31,783 bases of DNA from an uncultured Candidatus Saccharibacteria bacterium (GTDB lineage Bacteria > Patescibacteriota > Minisyncoccia > UBA6257): contig CAZYGB010000001.1 of the NCBI GenBank assembly GCA_964647525.1, positions 1-31,783 on the forward strand. Reading direction: 5' to 3'. The translations under genes were made by a program, and so were the position numbers. Within the stretch, counting starts at the first letter, position 1; each line of letters begins with the position of its first letter. The notes beneath the pieces are model-generated. The model searched no databases and was not told the DNA's origin. It saw nothing but the letters and a program-made list of their open reading frames with translations. Shown in pieces: positions 25,852-31,783 of this stretch.

Positions 25852-27132
25852 ATGAAGAAAACAAAAAAGGCTCTTAAAACAAAAAAAGTGAAAAAGGTGA
25901 AGAATACAAAGAAAATAAAGAGAACAAAGCCAGTACACAAGGTTAGGAAAGTGAAGAAAGTGAAGAAGATAAAGAAGGTAAAGAAAGTGAAGAAAGCGAA
26001 GAAAGTGAAGAAGGGGAAGGTGAAAAAAGTTGCTAGGAAATCTAGCAAGGTCAATCAGACTCAAGGTAAAATAGACGCTTTGATAAAAAGGGGAAAATCA
26101 CGGGGATTTATTACCCAGAATGAAGTTTTAAAATATTTTTCTCGTATTGAAACAAACCTTGATCTTTTAGAGCATATTTATGATTCTTTAGCAGATAATA
26201 ATATTGAGGTAGTAGAAAGTGGAGATTTTCTCTTGTCTCAACCAGAAATTTCTTCTCGGGAATTAGATGATGCCCTGGACCTTGATAAAATTCCAAAGAC
26301 CCCTGATAATATTCCGGCTTACTTAAGAGGAATTGGTAAAGTAGCTCTTTTAACAACAGAAGAAGAAAGAGCATTAGCCAAAGAAGTAGAAGCAGGGGAT
26401 GAACAGGCTCGCCAAAAAATGATTGAGGCCAATTTACGATTAGTGGTTTCTATTGCCAAACGCTACATTGGACGCAGTCGTCGTCTTGGTCTTCTGGATT
26501 TAATCCAGGAAGGTAATATTGGGCTTTCTAAAGCGGTGGATAAGTTTGATTATAAAAGAGGATTTAAGTTTTCTACTTATGCTACCTGGTGGATTAGACA
26601 GGCTATTACCAGAGCCCTGGCTGATCAGGGAAGAACTATCCGTATTCCTGTTCATATGGTGGAGAATTTAACCAAGTATTTAAAAGCCCGGCGCCTATTA
26701 TCCCAAAGCTTAGGGAGAGATCCGCTGCCCGAAGAGATTGCCAATGAAATGGAAAAACCTGTTTCAGAAATTCTTTATTTAATAGAAATTGCTCAGGATA
26801 CCGCTTCTCTTAATCAGCCAGTAGGAAGCGAAGATGGCGGCACTGAGCTAGGTGATTTTATTCCCGATCAACAAACTCCCAGTCCTTCCGCTTCCGCTAC
26901 CCTGGAATTATTAAAAGAACAGATTAAGTCTATTCTTATGGAGTTGACTGAGAGAGAAAGAGAAATTATCAATATGAGATTTGGTTTGAATACCGGAATT
27001 ACTCATACCCTGGAGGAAGTGGGAAAAGTTTTTGGAGTGACAAGGGAAAGAATTAGGCAGATTGAAGCTAAAACTTTGGAGAAAATGAAAGATCATCAGG
27101 AGGCCGATAAGCTAAGAGAGTTTCTGAAATGA
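25852..27132 (+). CDS. rpoD: Primary sigma factor RpoD with a Lys-rich N-terminal extension
   Basis: [61 protein letters not shown]; downstream of dnaG. Confidence 0.96.
   Translation: MKKTKKALKTKKVKKVKNTKKIKRTKPVHKVRKVKKVKKIKKVKKVKKAKKVKKGKVKKVARKSSKVNQTQGKIDALIKRGKSRGFITQNEVLKYFSRIETNLDLLEHIYDSLADNNIEVVESGDFLLSQPEISSRELDDALDLDKIPKTPDNIPAYLRGIGKVALLTTEEERALAKEVEAGDEQARQKMIEANLRLVVSIAKRYIGRSRRLGLLDLIQEGNIGLSKAVDKFDYKRGFKFSTYATWWIRQAITRALADQGRTIRIPVHMVENLTKYLKARRLLSQSLGRDPLPEEIANEMEKPVSEILYLIEIAQDTASLNQPVGSEDGGTELGDFIPDQQTPSPSASATLELLKEQIKSILMELTEREREIINMRFGLNTGITHTLEEVGKVFGVTRERIRQIEAKTLEKMKDHQEADKLREFLK
25939..26019 (+). repeat. 9-nt tandem repeat encoding (KKV)n in rpoD
   Basis: About nine units of AAAGTGAAG and variants. 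Confidence 0.8.
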
Positions 27133-28454
27133 AAGTGCAGTCAATAATACGTTCACTGAAGAGAAATGCTATTTTAAGAAAGATATTAGCATTTTTAGCA
27201 ATTATCCGTTATGGCAATCCTGCCCGTTCGTTTCAGTTAATTGCCATTACTGGGACAGTAGGAAAAACAACTACTGCTTTTATGATTAAAAATATTCTGG
27301 AAGCAGTCCCAATAAAAACAGGTTTAATCAGTACGGCAGGATATTTTGTAGGGGCAGAAGAAATTCCTCTTCCTGATCCTTGGTTTCAGAAACTGCGTCG
27401 TCGTTTACTTCATAAAACTATCTCTCCCTCTACTACTCCTGATCCTTTCATTCTGCACAGTTTGCTTCGAACAATGAAAAAAAAGGGGGCAAAAGTGGTA
27501 GTGATGGAAGTTTCTTCCTTTGGATTGATGTACTGGCGCATCTATAGATTGAATTTCCAGGTAGCTGTTCTTACTAATATTTCCTTTAACCATCATCTGG
27601 CTATTCACGGAGGAATGACTAATTATGTTAATTGCAAAAAACGCTTGTTTTCATCACTGCCTTCTTCCGCTTTAGCAGTGCTTCCTAAGGAAAGTGAATA
27701 TTTTTCTCAGTTTGTCGATGCTACCAAAGCTTCAGTTTTAAGTTATGGGCTGAACTCAGATGCTGATATTTGGGCCCAAGAGGAAAGCACTTCCCAGCAG
27801 GGGAGCAAAGTAATCGTGCATAAAAATACTGGGTCTTTTTCCTTGGATCTTGCTCTTCCTGCCCGTTTTAATATCTTGAATGCCTTAGCGGCCATTAGTG
27901 CATTGAATAAATTTTCTTTCTCATCTTCTGTTATTCAGAAGGGATTAGGAGAGATGCCCCACATCCCTGGCCGATGGGAAATTATTAGCAGCAATCAACC
28001 TTTTATCATTGTTGTTGATAAAGCTAATACCCCTGCTGCTTTTCAAGGGATAATTGATTTTGTCCGCCGGGGTGATTTTAGAAAAACAATTGCTGTCTAT
28101 GGGAATTTTGGAGAAAGCCAAATGGAAGAACGAAATAAATTAGCGGAATTAGCTCTGAATTTTTTTGATTTTACCGTTATTACTGAAGACGATCCCCAGA
28201 AAGAAGACCCCCAAAAGGGAATACAAGATTTTCTAAATTTTGCATCCCAGAATGATTTTGATTCTCGAACATATGAAGCAGTTCCTCAAAGAAGAGAAGC
28301 CATTAAAAAGGCTGTCCAAATGGCAAAAGCAGGTGATATAATATTAATATTAGGAAGAGGCAATGAAAAAGTGATGAATTATGGGAATAGAGTTGTTCCC
28401 TTTGATGATCGGGAAGTGGTAAAAGAAATATTAAAAGAAGAGGGATATCTTTAG
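27129..28454 (+). CDS. murE: MurE-like Mur ligase, atypical motifs
   Basis: [48 protein letters not shown]. Confidence 0.75.
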   Translation: MKVQSIIRSLKRNAILRKILAFLAIIRYGNPARSFQLIAITGTVGKTTTAFMIKNILEAVPIKTGLISTAGYFVGAEEIPLPDPWFQKLRRRLLHKTISPSTTPDPFILHSLLRTMKKKGAKVVVMEVSSFGLMYWRIYRLNFQVAVLTNISFNHHLAIHGGMTNYVNCKKRLFSSLPSSALAVLPKESEYFSQFVDATKASVLSYGLNSDADIWAQEESTSQQGSKVIVHKNTGSFSLDLALPARFNILNALAAISALNKFSFSSSVIQKGLGEMPHIPGRWEIISSNQPFIIVVDKANTPAAFQGIIDFVRRGDFRKTIAVYGNFGESQMEERNKLAELALNFFDFTVITEDDPQKEDPQKGIQDFLNFASQNDFDSRTYEAVPQRREAIKKAVQMAKAGDIILILGRGNEKVMNYGNRVVPFDDREVVKEILKEEGYL

Positions 28455-28477
28455 TACAAATTTTAATTTTAAAATTA

Positions 28478-30271
28478 ATGTCAGATATGCGTTCTGAAGA
28501 GTTGAGGAAAATATTTTTAGATTTTTTCCAGAAGAAAGGACATCAAATTATCCCTTCCTCTTCTTTGATTCCTGTAAATGATTCCTCGGTTTTGTTTACT
28601 ACAGCTGGGATGCAGCAATTCAAACCCTACTATTTAGGGCAGAAAGACTCTCAAAAGGACAAACATTTGGAATCAGGGAAACCCTTGGGGGGAAATAATG
28701 TTGCTAGCTGCCAAAAGTGTTTTCGCACGACAGACATAGAACAGGTGGGTGACATTAGTCATTTAACGTTTTTTGAAATGCTGGGGAACTTTTCCTTTGG
28801 TGAATATTTTAAAAAAGAGGCCATTAATTATGCCTGGGAATTTATTCATGAAGTTTTGAATGTTCAACCCAATAGGATCAAAATTAGTGTTTTTGCTGGT
28901 GATCAGGAAGTTCCTTTTGATAAGGAGTCTTCTCAGGCTTGGGAACAATTAGGTCTGGGGAAACAAGTTAGTCTGGGGAGCCGGAAAGATAATTTTTGGG
29001 GGCCTACGGGACAAGAAGGACCTTGTGGCCCGACAACGGAAATCTATATTGACGGGATAGAGGTATGGAATTTGGTTTTCAATGAATATTACCAGCAGGC
29101 TGATAAAAAATTAAAACATCTTTCTCTTCATGGAGTGGATACCGGAATGGGTTTGGAGCGTTTATGTCTGGTAATGCAATATCCGGAAGATAACACCAAG
29201 ACTATTTTTGATACTGATTTATTCCAACAATTAATGGAGTATCTTTATCAGCAGGGGGAAAGCAAGGTTGGTAAAGATACCTATCGCATTATAGCGGATC
29301 ACTTACGGGCGGTAACATTTCTTGCTGCTGGTGGTGTTGTTCCTTCCAATTTAGATCAGGGTTATGTTTTACGCCGTCTCATTAGAAGAATAATGCGTTT
29401 GGGCAGAATGGCTCAATTGCAGTCAGGTTGGTTAGAGCCGGCTCTAATGATTATTAAGAATAAATATGGAGCTTTTTATCCGGAAGTAAATGAAAAAGAG
29501 AAGATCCAGAAAGTAATTGAGATTGAAGAGGAAAAATTCCAAAAAACATTGGCTAAGGGACTCAAGATGTGGGAAAAATTAGCCGCTCAATTAAAAAAGC
29601 AGAAAGAGAAAGTGGTATCAGGGGATGTTGTTTTTTCTTTATATGAAAGCTACGGTTTTCCCCTGGAACTTATTGAAGAAATGGCACAAGGAGATGGTTT
29701 AGTCGTGGACAGAAAAGGTTTTGAAGAAATGTTTCAACAGCATCGTTTTGTTTCCCAAGCAGGAAAAGAAAAGAAATTTGGGGGACATGGGTTAAATGAC
29801 AAGCAAGAATCAATAGAGGGAAGGCAGATTACGAAACTACATACAGCCACTCATCTTTTACTGGCTGCCTTAAGGAATATTATTGATTCCAATATTATTC
29901 AAAAAGGATCCGACATCACTGCCGAAAGATTACGATTTGATTTTTCTTTCCCTCGTAAATTAACAACAGAAGAGATAAAGACGATAGAGAATTGGGTTAA
30001 TAGCCGCATCAAGGAAAATCTTACCATTATTCATGAGGAAACCAGTTATCAGGAGGCCCTGGCTAAAGGGGCTCTAGGGTCTTTTAAAAATCGTTATCCG
30101 GAGAAGGTAACTGTATATACAATTTTGTCTCAAGATGATAAAATTCCCTGTTCTCAGGAAATTTGTGCCGGCCCTCATGTAGGAAATACTGGGGCAATAG
30201 GTCATTTTCGAATTTTGAAAGAAGAAGCTATCTCCCAGGGGGTGAGAAGAATAAGGGCTGCAGTGGAATAA
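28478..30271 (+). CDS. alaS: Alanine--tRNA ligase, short form without C-Ala domain
   Basis: LFTTAGMQQFK, HLTFFEMLGNFS, DTGMGLER, editing motifs HTATH and CAGPH, ends GVRRIRA. Confidence 0.95.
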   Translation: MSDMRSEELRKIFLDFFQKKGHQIIPSSSLIPVNDSSVLFTTAGMQQFKPYYLGQKDSQKDKHLESGKPLGGNNVASCQKCFRTTDIEQVGDISHLTFFEMLGNFSFGEYFKKEAINYAWEFIHEVLNVQPNRIKISVFAGDQEVPFDKESSQAWEQLGLGKQVSLGSRKDNFWGPTGQEGPCGPTTEIYIDGIEVWNLVFNEYYQQADKKLKHLSLHGVDTGMGLERLCLVMQYPEDNTKTIFDTDLFQQLMEYLYQQGESKVGKDTYRIIADHLRAVTFLAAGGVVPSNLDQGYVLRRLIRRIMRLGRMAQLQSGWLEPALMIIKNKYGAFYPEVNEKEKIQKVIEIEEEKFQKTLAKGLKMWEKLAAQLKKQKEKVVSGDVVFSLYESYGFPLELIEEMAQGDGLVVDRKGFEEMFQQHRFVSQAGKEKKFGGHGLNDKQESIEGRQITKLHTATHLLLAALRNIIDSNIIQKGSDITAERLRFDFSFPRKLTTEEIKTIENWVNSRIKENLTIIHEETSYQEALAKGALGSFKNRYPEKVTVYTILSQDDKIPCSQEICAGPHVGNTGAIGHFRILKEEAISQGVRRIRAAVE

Positions 30272-30352
30272 GGGTATTGGTATTTCTATACTTTCTTGAT
30301 ATACTATCAGTGATGTATTCATTTAATATATTTAATTAGAGATAATATTAAA

Positions 30353-31732
30353 ATGTCTTCCAAAAGAAAAGTTGTTGATATTTATCCTCCTCATGCTCTT
30401 CCCCCAGAAGAGCAATCCCAAGATTTTCCTAAAGAAAAACAGTCTCAAGACGTTCTTATTCATGTGGCCAGTTTTCGAGCAGAACAAAGGGAATATTATC
30501 CAGAAACAGAAACGATACCTCAGAAAAAAGAGAAGAAGATTATATCTCCAGCACCAGCAAAAAGGGTATCGTCCCAATCTAAAAAATGGTTGCGCTTGGG
30601 AGCAGCTGTTGTCATAGCGGGGATTGTCTACTATCTGGCCTTTTTTGCTTTTGTAAAAGCAGATGTTTCGGTAGTGACAAAGAAAATGACATTACCGTTC
30701 TCAGGAGTGGTATTAGCTGACAGGAATATAGACGAGATTAAATATACCCAGGACGTTATTCCGGCTAATCTTTTTGTTTTCCAGGAAAGTGCTGAGGATA
30801 ATTTTATTAGTACTGGTAAGGGGAAAGACGAGAATAAGGCTGAAGGGGTTATCACTATTTACAACAATTATTCTACTTCTCCCCAGATACTGGTAGCAAC
30901 CACCCGTTTTGAAACACCTGATCATAAAATTTTTCATTTAGATTCTCGTATTGTTATTCCTGCCGCGAGCAAAAGTAATGGGAAATTAGTTCCTTCTTCT
31001 ATTGATGCAAAAGTAACTGCCGATCAAGCTGGACCCGATTACAATATTAAAGCGTGCCAGTTACCAGATTGTCAGTTTTCTATTCCTGGGTTTGAAGGCA
31101 GTGATAAGTTTAAGAGCTTTTATGGAATTTCCAAAAATCCAATGGCAGGAGGAAGTGTTAGTGCTATACCCATGATTACTTCAGAGGATTCTAAAATAGC
31201 GGAGACAGCTATTATTGAAAAATTAATGAAGGTTGTCACTGAGGACATTGAGAATAAAGTTCCGGATGGTCTGACGGTTTTAGATGGATCTAGAAGCAGT
31301 ATTAACATTACCAAGATAACAAGTGACGCTTCTGTTGGGGATATCAGAAAGACCTTTACCGTAAAAGGGGTAGGGGAGGTTAAGATTGTTGCCTTTAAAG
31401 ACAGCGATCTCAATGATTATATCCAAAACAAGTTAGAGGAAGCAAAGGAAGAAAACTATGAATATTATGGACCAGCCCAGATAGAATTTCAGGAGGTGAA
31501 GCCTGATTTTGGCAAGGGGACCTTAAGGCTGGTTTTTAAAGCCCAGCAACAACTGCGTTTTCATCTGGATTCAGACCTTATTAAAGATCAGGTTCTAGGG
31601 CAGAAAACCGATCAACTGGATAGTATTTTCCAGGCATTACCTGGTGTGGAAACGGTTAATGTCAAGATCCATCCGTTTTGGGTCAAAAAAATTCCTTCTT
31701 CTTCCTCTCGGGTAAACCTTTCTATTGACTAA
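30353..31732 (+). CDS. Single-TM protein with a baseplate J-like extracellular region
   Basis: One TM near residue 80-100; AEGVITIYN, TRF, VTADQAGPDYNI motifs; no phage genes nearby. Confidence 0.65.
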   Translation: MSSKRKVVDIYPPHALPPEEQSQDFPKEKQSQDVLIHVASFRAEQREYYPETETIPQKKEKKIISPAPAKRVSSQSKKWLRLGAAVVIAGIVYYLAFFAFVKADVSVVTKKMTLPFSGVVLADRNIDEIKYTQDVIPANLFVFQESAEDNFISTGKGKDENKAEGVITIYNNYSTSPQILVATTRFETPDHKIFHLDSRIVIPAASKSNGKLVPSSIDAKVTADQAGPDYNIKACQLPDCQFSIPGFEGSDKFKSFYGISKNPMAGGSVSAIPMITSEDSKIAETAIIEKLMKVVTEDIENKVPDGLTVLDGSRSSINITKITSDASVGDIRKTFTVKGVGEVKIVAFKDSDLNDYIQNKLEEAKEENYEYYGPAQIEFQEVKPDFGKGTLRLVFKAQQQLRFHLDSDLIKDQVLGQKTDQLDSIFQALPGVETVNVKIHPFWVKKIPSSSSRVNLSID

Positions 31733-31783
31733 TGACGGTTTCTTTGCTAACATAACAGCACTTATGGGACGAAAGGAAGCAGT

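Noticed and set aside
25845-26054. Phe/Thr-rich minus-strand ORF (also 25837-26064)
   Set aside because: Antisense shadow of the lysine repeat in rpoD.
545-31413. Remaining short ORFs nested in or antisense to long genes
   Set aside because: Fully overlapped by well-supported CDSs and lacking motifs or expression signals.

Overview
AT-rich bacterial chromosome segment with almost all genes on the + strand. The gene set points to Patescibacteria/CPR, probably Parcubacteria-like (inference): a short AlaS, a sigma70-region-4/HARE-HTH protein, a VirD4-like ATPase ending in CxxC-x17-CxxC, a baseplate-J-like membrane protein, a CTMDAKxCPDG cysteine motif, few Shine-Dalgarno sites and many overlapping stop/start codons. 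The left ~6.7 kb is an accessory region. Four degenerate ~35-45 bp direct repeats (near 300, 1040, 2050 and 4140) separate small gene units: a HEPN-like gene, ydcF-like, a GerMN protein plus a small membrane protein, and typA. Each repeat is followed by a promoter-like site and reads on the minus strand as the same decayed peptide, WLGLWND(V/I)xT(F/Y). This looks like a cassette array built by repeated site-specific integration, but no recombinase gene is in the window. Next come a SAM-I riboswitch with metK, an orphan gene, and a Nudix gene bracketed by a duplicated terminator+promoter. The rest is mostly housekeeping: dcd, PAP2 phosphatase, trxB, gdhA, a minimal SufC/SufB (SMS-like) pair, HIT, efp, mgtC, tRNA-Lys(TTT), secDF, a RhuM-Fic gene, then a tightly packed run (HTH protein, membrane protein, VirD4-like ATPase, mnmA, ddl, dgkA, GGDEF, dnaG, rpoD with a Lys-rich repeat, atypical murE, alaS) and a baseplate-J-like gene. 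All family calls come from motif recognition; no database search was run.
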